A stretch of 42,783 nt of DNA from the NCBI GenBank assembly GCA_964350345.1, contig CAYGKH010000001.1, forward strand, positions 1 through 42,783, read 5' to 3'. The translations under genes and the position numbers were made by a program. Under the pieces are notes generated by a model. That model was not told the DNA's origin. It saw nothing but the letters and a program-made list of their open reading frames with translations, and searched no databases. Shown in pieces: positions 26,885 to 35,963 of the stretch (its first letter is position 1; each line of letters opens with the position of its first letter). This DNA is from an uncultured Coriobacteriaceae bacterium. Lineage in GTDB: Bacteria; Actinomycetota; Coriobacteriia; Anaerosomatales; SLCP01.

Positions 26885-28015
26885 CTAGTACTCCTGACGC
26901 TTCGATACCGCCCCCTCGATCTCGCCGAGGGCGATCCGCGCACACGCCTCCCCGGCACCGTAGGCCGCCGAGAAGAACGCGGGGTCTTCGGCCTCGGAGC
27001 GCCCCATCGTCGTGACGGAGACACCTCTCATGTCAGGTCCCGGATCGTGTCCCGCACGTGCGGCCACTCGCGTGTGACGCTCCCACACCCCCGCCATCTC
27101 AAGCCGCTCCTCCACGATGTCGGCGTACTCCTCGGGCAGATGCGCGACGGGTACATGCGCCGATGCCAGCGCAATGCGGGTGAGCGCGGCGATTGTGTGG
27201 TGGCTCACGCCATGATGGCGCGCACGCCGATCAGCGAACGAGAGTCTGAGCGCGGCGACGGGCACCCCGCCGAGAGACGCTGCGGCGTTGATCGCCTCCC
27301 CCTGGGCAACCCCGCCGTGTCCCAACGGCGTCGCGGTGCCGACAACCCCGGGACCGATCGCCACGATCGCGACGTCGGCCCGCGCGACATGGCGGGCGGC
27401 CAGCAGGGCCGAGTGGACGTTGACCGCTTCGTGGTCACCACCGAAGGCCTGACCGGCCGTGATGGTCGCGTCGATCAGGCCAACGGCCACCGCTGCGCGA
27501 ACGATCTCGGAGAGCGCGATGGGCAGCGCCCCGAAGTCGGTCATCACGTACGCGACGCGCAGCTCCCGCGCGATCTGCTTTACTGCAGCCGCGACGAGCG
27601 GCACATGGCTGTGCAGCCCGCAACACGCGACAGGCATCCCGAAGAGGTCTGTAGCGGTCGACATCACCTCGTGGTGCGGGCTCGCCTGCTCTTCGACGGA
27701 GCACACGTCGATCTGGAGCGGTGTATAGCGGAGTTTCATGATATGCCCGGCCGAAGGACGATCGAGAGCGATCCCGGATGGCGCCTCTCCACTTCCGGGG
27801 TGGCGCGCGATCACGAAGTGAGTGCCCCCGGTCCCTAGATCGAGATCGACCGCCGTCGTGTTGAGCAGCACCCGGTCACCGGTCGCGCACGTCCCCGTGA
27901 ATGCGGGGTAAGCGAGTGCGGTACCCGTCGTGCCGTCGTCGAGAGAGACGTCGAGGCGTTGGATGTCGCAGGCCTGACTCATCACGGCCAAAACGGCCCC
28001 CCAGACAAGCCTCAC
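26885..28015 (-). CDS. Conserved hypothetical protein, DUF3866-like
   Basis: 376 aa. GDRVLLNTTAVDLDLGTGGTHFV matches my recollection of the DUF3866 N-terminal signature. The GTGA start/stop overlap couples it to the M20 gene. The CDS itself is solid, but the family name comes from memory only. Confidence 0.6.
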   Translation of the reverse strand: MRLVWGAVLAVMSQACDIQRLDVSLDDGTTGTALAYPAFTGTCATGDRVLLNTTAVDLDLGTGGTHFVIARHPGSGEAPSGIALDRPSAGHIMKLRYTPLQIDVCSVEEQASPHHEVMSTATDLFGMPVACCGLHSHVPLVAAAVKQIARELRVAYVMTDFGALPIALSEIVRAAVAVGLIDATITAGQAFGGDHEAVNVHSALLAARHVARADVAIVAIGPGVVGTATPLGHGGVAQGEAINAAASLGGVPVAALRLSFADRRARHHGVSHHTIAALTRIALASAHVPVAHLPEEYADIVEERLEMAGVWERHTRVAARAGHDPGPDMRGVSVTTMGRSEAEDPAFFSAAYGAGEACARIALGEIEGAVSKRQEY

Positions 28016-29136
28016 GGCGAACCGGTCCCCGCGCGCTCGACGACAGCACTGACGAGTGCTGCAAGGCCTTCGAGGTCGGCGATCGCGATCTGTTCATCGA
28101 AAGAGTGGGGTGAGCGCATGCCGCAGGAGAGCACGAGCGTCGGCATTCCGGCAGACGCGAAGACGTTGCCGTCGCTGCCCCCTCCGGTCGTGAACAGGCG
28201 CGGGGTGAGCCCGGCATCAGCGCATGCCTCACGCATCAACGTGAGCTCAGGAGAGTCCTCCGGCACCTGGAACCCCACGTACTCCCTCGTCCAGCGCACA
28301 TCGACCGTCCCGCCTCCGGACCGAGCCGCGTCGCGCATCGCGGTCTCCATCCCCTGCCCCACACTGTCGACCCGATCGGACATCAAAGAGCGGCACTCTC
28401 CGGTGATCGTGACGCGGCCGGGAACGACGTTGGTAGCGGTCCCGCCTTCGATCGTCCCGACGTTGGCCGTCGTGTACTCATCGATCCTGCCAGACGGCAT
28501 CGCTGTCACTGCCCGCGAAGCCATCATGAGCGCCGACCTTCCGGTCTCCGGAGCGACACCGGCGTGTGCAGCCAGACCGTGGAAGGTCGCAACGAACGTG
28601 TCATGTGTCGGCGCTCCGACCACGATGCCACCGGGGTCGCCGTCGGCATCGAAAACGAGGCAGAGGTCCGACCTGATCGCATCGAGATCGAGGGCTTTCG
28701 CCCCGCGAAGCCCGACCTCCTCGGCCACGGTGAGAACGACGCGGATGTCGCCGCGCGGAGCCCCGCTCTCGACGACCCGCTGAACACCCTCGACGATGGC
28801 GGCGATGCCGGCCTTGTCGTCAGCGCCGAGGACCGTCTCTCCTGCCGAGCGGACCACTCCGCCGGCGACCACCGGCTCGACCCCCTCGCACGGCTGTACG
28901 CAGTCAAGATGCCCGGAGAGCAACAGCACCGGTGCTCCCACGACCGTACCCGGCAGCTCTGCGATGAGGTTGCCCGTGTTCGAGCCGGTCACGGCAGCTG
29001 TCGCATCGGTGCGAACCGCGAAGCCAAGCCCTTCGAGCAACGCTGAGCACTCTCCCGCCAGAGCCGACTCACGACCCGACGGACTATCGATCCGAACCAG
29101 ATCGAGGAAGGTCGCCAGTAGGCGCTCGGTACTCAT
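28012..29136 (-). CDS. M20-family metallopeptidase (peptidase T-like)
   Basis: Motifs LVRIDSPSGRE, LSGHLDCV and LGADDKAGIAAIVE. It starts 6 nt after the pyrG stop. Confidence 0.85.
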   Translation of the reverse strand: MSTERLLATFLDLVRIDSPSGRESALAGECSALLEGLGFAVRTDATAAVTGSNTGNLIAELPGTVVGAPVLLLSGHLDCVQPCEGVEPVVAGGVVRSAGETVLGADDKAGIAAIVEGVQRVVESGAPRGDIRVVLTVAEEVGLRGAKALDLDAIRSDLCLVFDADGDPGGIVVGAPTHDTFVATFHGLAAHAGVAPETGRSALMMASRAVTAMPSGRIDEYTTANVGTIEGGTATNVVPGRVTITGECRSLMSDRVDSVGQGMETAMRDAARSGGGTVDVRWTREYVGFQVPEDSPELTLMREACADAGLTPRLFTTGGGSDGNVFASAGMPTLVLSCGMRSPHSFDEQIAIADLEGLAALVSAVVERAGTGSP

Positions 29137-29142
29137 CGCCGG

Positions 29143-30756
29143 TCAGCCCTTGCGCGAGCGTTTGAGCTCGACAGCCGCGCCGATGAAGTCGCGGAAGAGC
29201 GGTGCAGGCCGCGTGGGACGGCTCTTGAACTCCGGGTGGCCCTGAGTGCCTACGTACCAGGGATGATCCGGGAGCTCTATCATCTCGACGAGGCGGTCGT
29301 CCGGGGAGACACCGCTGATGGTGAGTCCCGCATCGACGAGCTGCTGCCGGTAGGCGTTGTTGATTTCGAAACGATGCCGGTGACGCTCGTAGATCACCTC
29401 ATCACCGTAGGCCTCGAAGCCTCTCGTGCCGGGCGTGACCTTGCACGGATATGCACCGAGCCTCATCGAGCCACCCAAGTCCACGACGTCGTGCTGATCA
29501 CGCATGAGATCGACGACCGGATGGTCGGTCGCCGGCTCGAACTCCGGCGAGTTCGCACCGGCAAGCCCTGCCATGTGACGTGCATACTCGATGACCGCGA
29601 CCTGCATGCCCAGACAGATCCCGAAGTAAGGAACCCCGTTCTCACGGGCATGGTACGCCGCACGCACCTTGCCTTCGATACCCCGGATGCCGAACCCGCC
29701 GGGCACGAGGATACCGTGCATCTCGGAGAGTATCTGGTCGACCTCTTCGGGAGTGAGACTCTCGGCGTCCACCCAGTGCACATTGACCTTGTGATCGTGG
29801 TAGATGCCCGCATGATCGAGAGCCTCTGTCACCGACAGATATGCATCAGGCAACTGGACGTACTTGCCGACAAGCGCGATGTCGACGGTATCGGCCAGCG
29901 AGGAGGAGTGCGCGACAAAACGCTCCCACTCGGCCATGTCCGGCTCACCGCACTCCAGCGAGAGGCGGTCGATGACCATCTCGTCGAGACCCTGGTCGCG
30001 CAGGCGCAAAGGAACCTCGTAGATGGAGCGAGCATCCTGGGCGCTCACGACCGCCCGGGAATCGACGTCGCAGAACAGAGCGATCTTGCGGCGAATGCTC
30101 GCATCGATCGGCCGGTCCGAGCGGCAGACGATGAAGTCCGGCTGGATACCGATAGACCGCAACTCCTTGACCGAGTGCTGAGTCGGCTTGGTCTTCAACT
30201 CGGCCGAAGCCCCGATGTAGGGCACCAGCGTGACATGGATGTAGCAGACATTGCTGTAGCCGACATCCTTGCGCAGCTGGCGGATCGCCTCGATGAACGG
30301 AAGCGACTCGATGTCGCCGACCGTTCCGCCGACCTCGGTGATGATCACGTCGGGCTTGGTCTGCTCGGCAAGTCGCGTGATACGGTCCTTGATCTCGTTG
30401 GTGACATGCGGAATGACCTGAACCGTCCCGCCGAGGAAGTCGCCCTTGCGCTCCCTGTTGATGATCGTCTGATAGATGGAGCCAGCGGTCACGCTGCAGT
30501 CGCGCGAGAGTGACTCATCGATGAATCTCTCGTAGTGCCCGAGATCGAGATCGGTCTCACCACCGTCGTCGGTGACGAAGACCTCACCGTGCTGGAATGG
30601 GCTCATCGTACCGGGATCGACATTCAGATAGGGGTCGAGTTTCTGGATGGTGACCTTCAGCCCGCGGGACTTGAGCAGGTGCCCGAGTGAGGCCGCCGTG
30701 ATCCCTTTCCCGAGAGAGCTCACCACGCCTCCGGTCACGAAGATATGTTTCGTCAT
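29143..30756 (-). CDS. pyrG: CTP synthase
   Basis: Motifs [17 protein letters not shown] and GICLGMQ (amidotransferase Cys). The start is trimmed to ATG 30756. The ORF track extends to 30951. Confidence 0.97.
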   Translation of the reverse strand: MTKHIFVTGGVVSSLGKGITAASLGHLLKSRGLKVTIQKLDPYLNVDPGTMSPFQHGEVFVTDDGGETDLDLGHYERFIDESLSRDCSVTAGSIYQTIINRERKGDFLGGTVQVIPHVTNEIKDRITRLAEQTKPDVIITEVGGTVGDIESLPFIEAIRQLRKDVGYSNVCYIHVTLVPYIGASAELKTKPTQHSVKELRSIGIQPDFIVCRSDRPIDASIRRKIALFCDVDSRAVVSAQDARSIYEVPLRLRDQGLDEMVIDRLSLECGEPDMAEWERFVAHSSSLADTVDIALVGKYVQLPDAYLSVTEALDHAGIYHDHKVNVHWVDAESLTPEEVDQILSEMHGILVPGGFGIRGIEGKVRAAYHARENGVPYFGICLGMQVAVIEYARHMAGLAGANSPEFEPATDHPVVDLMRDQHDVVDLGGSMRLGAYPCKVTPGTRGFEAYGDEVIYERHRHRFEINNAYRQQLVDAGLTISGVSPDDRLVEMIELPDHPWYVGTQGHPEFKSRPTRPAPLFRDFIGAAVELKRSRKG

Positions 30757-30841
30757 CTGTCGGTTCCTGCCTCCGTCCATCTCTATTCCGTCGACCCGTC
30801 CCATGAGCCATTCTACCCGCGCGCGACCCGGTGTGGGTGTT

Positions 30842-31813
30842 TCACTCGGTCGTATCTGCGACGCGAGAGACCTCGCGCTGCCTCCCCCACCGGTCGATCG
30901 CCGAGAGTCCCCGATTCTGTTCGATGACCGACGAGAACGACACGCGTTCACTCGCGAGGTTTAAAGCGAACAGTGCGAGTGCGAGGAGCACGGTACCTGC
31001 GGGTGGTAGTGCCACGACGAATATGACACCGATCCACATACCGAGCCCGTTGGCGCCCGCATCGCCGAGCATCCCGACCTCGCCGAGGTCGAAGCGCCAC
31101 ACCGCGAGCAGCGGGCCGAGACAGAACAGTGCCACGACCCCGATCTCGCCGAGGACCCCCGCCGCTACCGCACCCGGCCCGAGCAAGGAGAGCACGAGCG
31201 CGACGAGTCCGACCGCAGCGAGCAGCGTGTAGACCTTGAGCGCACGTCCCGGACGCAGGTCGAAGAGGTTCAAGGTGTTGGCGGCGAGGGCGAGGACCGC
31301 GGCGACCGCAAGGCCGTGGATGACTGAACCGACGGTCAACCCCTCGGCGAGGGTCAAGTGCGCTCCGCCAAGCAGGGAGATCAGTCCGATTCCGAGGAGC
31401 TTCAGTCCACCGGTCGTCAGTCGGCCGTTCGCTAGCGCGCCGAGGTGTCCGCGGAACCCCCTCTCGGCGCTCGAGCCGAACATGTCGTCGATGAGTCCGA
31501 ACACGAACGCCCCGCCTACGAGCGTCACGGCGAAATCGAGCGGTCCGCCAACGAGGGCGAGTGCAGAGAGGTCGCCGAGGAGCCAAGCGTACGTCGTGCC
31601 AGCGAAGAAGACGAGAACCCCGCCGAGCCACAGCGCCCAGACAAGTCCGAGTCCGAGCGCTACCTCACGCCCGCGGTAGTTCGTGACACTGCGATCCGAC
31701 GTCACAAGCGTCGGCACGAGCATCCGCATCCCGAGCCACGGGATGCCGATGCCGGTGAGCGCTGCCCACAGCAACGTCACCGTCATGAGCGCGAGGTCGG
31801 ACTCTCCTAGCAC
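30842..31813 (-). CDS. Divergent MraY/WecA-like (PNPT superfamily) polytopic membrane protein
   Basis: 323 aa, about 9-10 TM. It has FGLIDDMFG and [15 protein letters not shown]-like motifs. The NxxNxxDGxDGL block reads [16 protein letters not shown] instead. The GTG start overlaps the stop of the upstream 774-aa gene by 7 nt. Confidence 0.6.
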   Translation of the reverse strand: MLGESDLALMTVTLLWAALTGIGIPWLGMRMLVPTLVTSDRSVTNYRGREVALGLGLVWALWLGGVLVFFAGTTYAWLLGDLSALALVGGPLDFAVTLVGGAFVFGLIDDMFGSSAERGFRGHLGALANGRLTTGGLKLLGIGLISLLGGAHLTLAEGLTVGSVIHGLAVAAVLALAANTLNLFDLRPGRALKVYTLLAAVGLVALVLSLLGPGAVAAGVLGEIGVVALFCLGPLLAVWRFDLGEVGMLGDAGANGLGMWIGVIFVVALPPAGTVLLALALFALNLASERVSFSSVIEQNRGLSAIDRWGRQREVSRVADTTE

Positions 31814-34131
31814 GCCACCTCCCCGTCGCCGCTACCTTCGGCGACCGCGTCTGGAAGCCGCGAGAGCATCAGGTGGAGGATACCCACTCCTACATAGATC
31901 ATTATGAGCGCAGGTATCACTATGCCTGAGTCCTCGGTCACATATGCGACAGCGCCCCCGATCAGGCACGCCGCCATCCCCGCCGAGTAACCCGGATTCT
32001 CTCTCAGAGTCGCCGCGAAGTCCCCCTGCGGTCGCCACCGCATGAAGCCGAGGAACGCGAGTACCGCGATGAGCAGGAAGGACCAGTTGGTACGAGTCAG
32101 CACACGGATGTTCGTCTCGGCCTTTCGCGCGACGATGAGCCACAGCTCCGAGACCCCGCCCTGTGCCATCGACCCCCACGCGCGCGCAAGGTGTGACTGG
32201 GAACCCTCATCGGAGCGCATATCGACGATGGAGAAGCCAGCGATCATCACCACCATGATCAGCAGTGCGGAGATGACGACCCGCCAGTCGACTTTTATGC
32301 GGTTGTAGATCACCCACATGGATGCGAATCCGGCTACTGCCCAGATTGCAACAGCGATGTTGGCGCCCAACGAGGGGTCGGTACCGATCCACGCGACGAA
32401 CAGCCCGAGTGCGGGTATGCCCCACAGACCGAGGGGGCGCTGCCAGCGAGTCCCTTTGATCTCGTCAAGTACCAGCGCCAGACCGATGGCCGCGCTCCCA
32501 AAAAGGAGTGCCGCGCCCTCGTTACCGATGCCGTAGTACCGGGCAGCCGGTAGTGGCGAGTAGCTCAAGAACCCGGTGAAGGAGAGCGGAGCACCGATCA
32601 GTTGGTCGACGGAGAGTAGCGCTGCGGCAAGCAGGCTCAACGTCGCGACAGGCGCGCGCACAGGCCCGACCCTTTCGAGCAGAAGGCCGAATGCCCATAG
32701 GGCAGCAAGTGCTACGAAGAAGGAGAACAGGGCATCTGCCGCAGTAGCCGGCCGACGGTCGACCACGAACATCAGCAGTGTCGCAGGAGGAACCGCGAGC
32801 GCCAACAACATGAGTTTGCGCCCGAACGCTGAGACGAACCCCACGGCCCCTGCGGGCCACCGGCGCGCACGCAGCAGAACGACCGTGCATGCGAGCAAGA
32901 CCATCGTTGTCAACGCGATAAAGGTGTTGATCACCGATGGCTTGGCCGTGTCGACCGCGATCGCCGTCGCGTTCAATGCCGCAAGATGGGCGACCCTCTC
33001 GGACGAAGGTGTCACCGTTCTATCGGAGACCATCGGATTGCCGAGGATCTCGACCGGACGATCGATACCGAGTTCGCGCAGTACCGTCGCTGCGACATCG
33101 AGGTTCGTCACCAGCCCGGGGCGCTGCGTGGATGACGAACTCAGGAGTCCGGACCACCCGGGACCGTACACGACCGTCGGGCCGAGTCCCGCAAGCGCAT
33201 CCCGCTCCCCGGCGATTATCTGCGGCAGCACCATCAAGACACCGTCATCGGGCAAGTCCTCAAGAGCGATACGGACGATCTCGTCCACCGTCCGGACAGC
33301 AGTAAGGCGATGCGCCTCGGCCACCTCGCGTGTGACGTCCGGTGCGAACTCGAACGTTCGCTGGGGATCACCCGGGTCGAGCACCAGGAGTCCGGGCCCG
33401 CCGCGCGCGAGCATCTCCGCGCTTACCCGCTGATAGGCCGCACCGAACGCTTCGAGGTCGGTGGCAAAGCCGAACGGCGCATCCGGATCGTTCACGAGCA
33501 GGTCGCTCGAGACATCGCCGAGCATGACCCTTCCCGCCTCGTCCATCGCCACCGCCGCTGCAGGGCGGTTTCGCCTGAGTCCGCGAACCTCATAGCCCGC
33601 ATCGGAGTTCCCGATGGCAGCAGTCACTCCGCCTGAGTCGACAACCCCCTGTCCCAGAGCGCCAAGGCGCACGACGAGCGTGGTGGAACCTTCGTTGAGT
33701 CGCTCTGTACGGGGCAGGCCGAGGAAGACGATCTCGTGATCGGTCGCATCCATCCCGGTCATGCGTGCGTACGCATCCAGCGCAGAGCCGCCCTCGTAGT
33801 GCTCGTCGACAGAGTGGGGCTGCGGTGCACTGGCGTCCGCCGCTGCCCAGGAGCCAGCTGAGAACGTCAGTGCGCCCCTCAGCGCCGTCGGCGGAGACGC
33901 GACCCTGCTGCGGCTCCTGAGGTTGATGTTGCCGAGCGCACCCTCCTCGGCTAGGGCGTGGATCGCCGGCGCGACCCCGGGGTCCACATCACTCCACTGC
34001 AGGTAAGGGGCGAGCACGATAACGACCCGGGATGCGACGTGCTGCCCGGCGTGGGCGGGAGCGGCAGGGAGAGCGAGGGGCCCCGCGAGCAACATCACGG
34101 CGAGAACTGCTGTCAGTACGGTTCTTAGCAT
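31807..34131 (-). CDS. Large membrane protein: signal peptide, ~400-aa exported alkaline-phosphatase-like domain, then ~10-11 TM helices
   Basis: ATG 34131 is followed by a signal peptide (LLAGPLALPAAPAHA). VVIVLAPYLQWSDV and STQRPGLVTNLDVAATVLRELGIDRP resemble the first and last core segments of AlkP/NPP/sulfatase folds. The C-terminal half is polytopic. The TTG-34248 extension has poorer third-position G/C. Confidence 0.8.
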   Translation of the reverse strand: MLRTVLTAVLAVMLLAGPLALPAAPAHAGQHVASRVVIVLAPYLQWSDVDPGVAPAIHALAEEGALGNINLRSRSRVASPPTALRGALTFSAGSWAAADASAPQPHSVDEHYEGGSALDAYARMTGMDATDHEIVFLGLPRTERLNEGSTTLVVRLGALGQGVVDSGGVTAAIGNSDAGYEVRGLRRNRPAAAVAMDEAGRVMLGDVSSDLLVNDPDAPFGFATDLEAFGAAYQRVSAEMLARGGPGLLVLDPGDPQRTFEFAPDVTREVAEAHRLTAVRTVDEIVRIALEDLPDDGVLMVLPQIIAGERDALAGLGPTVVYGPGWSGLLSSSSTQRPGLVTNLDVAATVLRELGIDRPVEILGNPMVSDRTVTPSSERVAHLAALNATAIAVDTAKPSVINTFIALTTMVLLACTVVLLRARRWPAGAVGFVSAFGRKLMLLALAVPPATLLMFVVDRRPATAADALFSFFVALAALWAFGLLLERVGPVRAPVATLSLLAAALLSVDQLIGAPLSFTGFLSYSPLPAARYYGIGNEGAALLFGSAAIGLALVLDEIKGTRWQRPLGLWGIPALGLFVAWIGTDPSLGANIAVAIWAVAGFASMWVIYNRIKVDWRVVISALLIMVVMIAGFSIVDMRSDEGSQSHLARAWGSMAQGGVSELWLIVARKAETNIRVLTRTNWSFLLIAVLAFLGFMRWRPQGDFAATLRENPGYSAGMAACLIGGAVAYVTEDSGIVIPALIMIYVGVGILHLMLSRLPDAVAEGSGDGEVAC

Positions 34132-34394
34132 GATCTTCCCATTGACATGCCGGCACATCGGCCGACGACTTCGATCTCTTTCGGGGGGCTCAGGCGAGTG
34201 GTCGAGGCCTGAGCTCATCGACCGACCGGGCACGCATGGCGCCCGCAAGCAAGTATAACGTACGCCGTACGAACACGAGGCCGTAGGGCTACAATAGCGC
34301 GTGGTACATGATGTGAGTTCCCCGGGGGAGTCCCGCTTTCGCCGACGAGGAGGCGACCATCAGCAAGCCGGCTATAGCTCGATCGACCGCGATC

Positions 34395-35963
34395 ATGTCG
34401 ATATCGACCGCCCTTTCGCGGGTGACGGGATTCGTTCGCACCTGGGCGACCGCCTACGCCCTCGGCGTGACAGCGACTGCGGCCTCGTACAGCGTTGCGA
34501 ACAACATCCCCAACATGATCTACGAACTCGTGGCTGGCGGAGTCATCTCCTCGCTCTTCATCCCCATCTTCCTGGAACGTCGCAAGAAGGGCGGTGATGA
34601 GGACGCCTGGCGCTATGCAAGCTCGGTCCTCAACCTGACCATCATCGCGCTCGGCATCGTTGCACTCCTCGGAACCGTCTTCGCCGAGCAGGTCGTCCGG
34701 ACGCAGACCTTCCGAATCTCGGCCGATGATGCCCGGCTTGCCACGGACTTCTTCCGCTTCTTCGCCATCCAGGTCGTGTTCTACGGAGCCGGAGCGGTCA
34801 TCTCCGGGCTGCTCAACGCGCAGCGCAAGTTCCTCTGGCCGGCCCTCGGACCAGTCTTTAACAACGTCGTCGTCATCATCACGTTGCTCGCTCTCTACGT
34901 CCCGACCTACGGCCATGACCCCGATCTCGCATTCGTGATCCTGGCGGTAGGAACATCGCTCGGCGTGCTCGTGATGTTCGCGGTGCAGCTTCCGAGCCTG
35001 ATGCGTTCGGGCGTCCGCTACCGCCCGACCATCGACCTGAAGCATCCCGGCATGCGCGCCATGGGCAAGATGGCGCTTCCCGCGCTGGGTTACGTAACCA
35101 CCAACGTGGTTGCAGTCTCGTTTCGCAACGCCTATGCGCTAGAAAGTGCGCCCGAAGGGCCCGCCACACTCCTCTACGCATGGATGTTCTACCAGCTCCC
35201 GTACGGCATCTTCGCCGTCGCCCTGGCGACCGCTATCTTTACCGAGCTCTCCGAATCCTCGGGCCGCAAGGACTGGTCGGCCTTCAAGGCACAGTTCGCG
35301 AAAGGGTTCCGTGCGACCGCTCTGTTGATCGTGCCGATGGCAGCTATGCTCATCGCACTCAGCCGCCCGCTCATCACCCTCTACCGCGCGGGCCGTTTCA
35401 CCGCCGACGACGTCCCCGCAGTCGCCGAGATCTTAGTGTGGTGGGCGGCGGGACTCTTCTTCTTCGCGAGTTTCATGTACATACTCAAGACCTTCTATTC
35501 GATGCAGGACACGCTCACGCCGATGTACGCGAACCTCGGCCTCACCGGTATCCAGATCGGCCTCTATGCGACCCTCACGAGCGGTGTCGCCGGGTGGGCG
35601 GGGATCGGACTCAAAGGGATACCGATCGCCGACGGCATCTTCTACGCGCTCGGTATGACTACCCTCGCACTGATCTTGCGCAAACGCATCGGCGGCTACG
35701 ACATCCGGGGGATCGTGTCGCTGGTGATGCGGGTCGTGCTCGCCGCGATCCTCGGCGGCGCGGCAGCCTGGGCCATCGCCTCAGCGATGCAGACCGCTGG
35801 CGTTGTGGGCGGAGCTCTATCACAAGTGATGGTCGCGGGAACCCTCGGCCTCGCGCTGACCTACGCCCTGGCATGGGTGCTGCGTGTCAGCGAGGTCGCG
35901 GCGGGAGCCGGGATGGTCGGCCGGGTCGTGCGTCGACGATTCGCACGGGGTCCCCGGCCATGA
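34395..35963 (+). CDS. murJ: Lipid II flippase MurJ (MOP/MVF family)
   Basis: LSRVTGFVRTWATAYALG and NNIPNMIYELVAGGVISSLFIPIF, with about 14 TM. The first in-frame ATG is 34395, but the true start may be ATC 34359 (see findings). Confidence 0.9.
   Translation: MSISTALSRVTGFVRTWATAYALGVTATAASYSVANNIPNMIYELVAGGVISSLFIPIFLERRKKGGDEDAWRYASSVLNLTIIALGIVALLGTVFAEQVVRTQTFRISADDARLATDFFRFFAIQVVFYGAGAVISGLLNAQRKFLWPALGPVFNNVVVIITLLALYVPTYGHDPDLAFVILAVGTSLGVLVMFAVQLPSLMRSGVRYRPTIDLKHPGMRAMGKMALPALGYVTTNVVAVSFRNAYALESAPEGPATLLYAWMFYQLPYGIFAVALATAIFTELSESSGRKDWSAFKAQFAKGFRATALLIVPMAAMLIALSRPLITLYRAGRFTADDVPAVAEILVWWAAGLFFFASFMYILKTFYSMQDTLTPMYANLGLTGIQIGLYATLTSGVAGWAGIGLKGIPIADGIFYALGMTTLALILRKRIGGYDIRGIVSLVMRVVLAAILGGAAAWAIASAMQTAGVVGGALSQVMVAGTLGLALTYALAWVLRVSEVAAGAGMVGRVVRRRFARGPRP

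Noticed and set aside
25477-27015. Very long opposite-strand ORFs: 512 aa here, and also 29236-30513 (425 aa), 37504-38721 (405 aa), 4718-5842 (374 aa), 20318-21439 (373 aa), 34215-35045 (276 aa) and 18523-19356 (277 aa).
   Set aside because: Each lies antisense to a gene with unmistakable conserved motifs (ald, pyrG, steA, murC, ABC permeases, murJ, DUF4349). Their translations are Arg/His/Asp/Pro-rich low-complexity strings without recognisable domains. This is the usual shadow-ORF artefact of high-GC DNA.
34132-34248. TTG-initiated 39-codon N-terminal extension of the large membrane protein.
   Set aside because: Third-position G/C is clearly poorer than downstream. ATG 34131 gives a canonical signal peptide. 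The region also contains an 8-bp hairpin (34188-34214), which is more consistent with a leader.
35180-35959. The first 260 codons of the 489-aa plus-strand ORF.
   Set aside because: This part lies out of frame inside murJ and is Arg/Pro-rich. Only the part from ATG 35960 has glycosyltransferase motifs.
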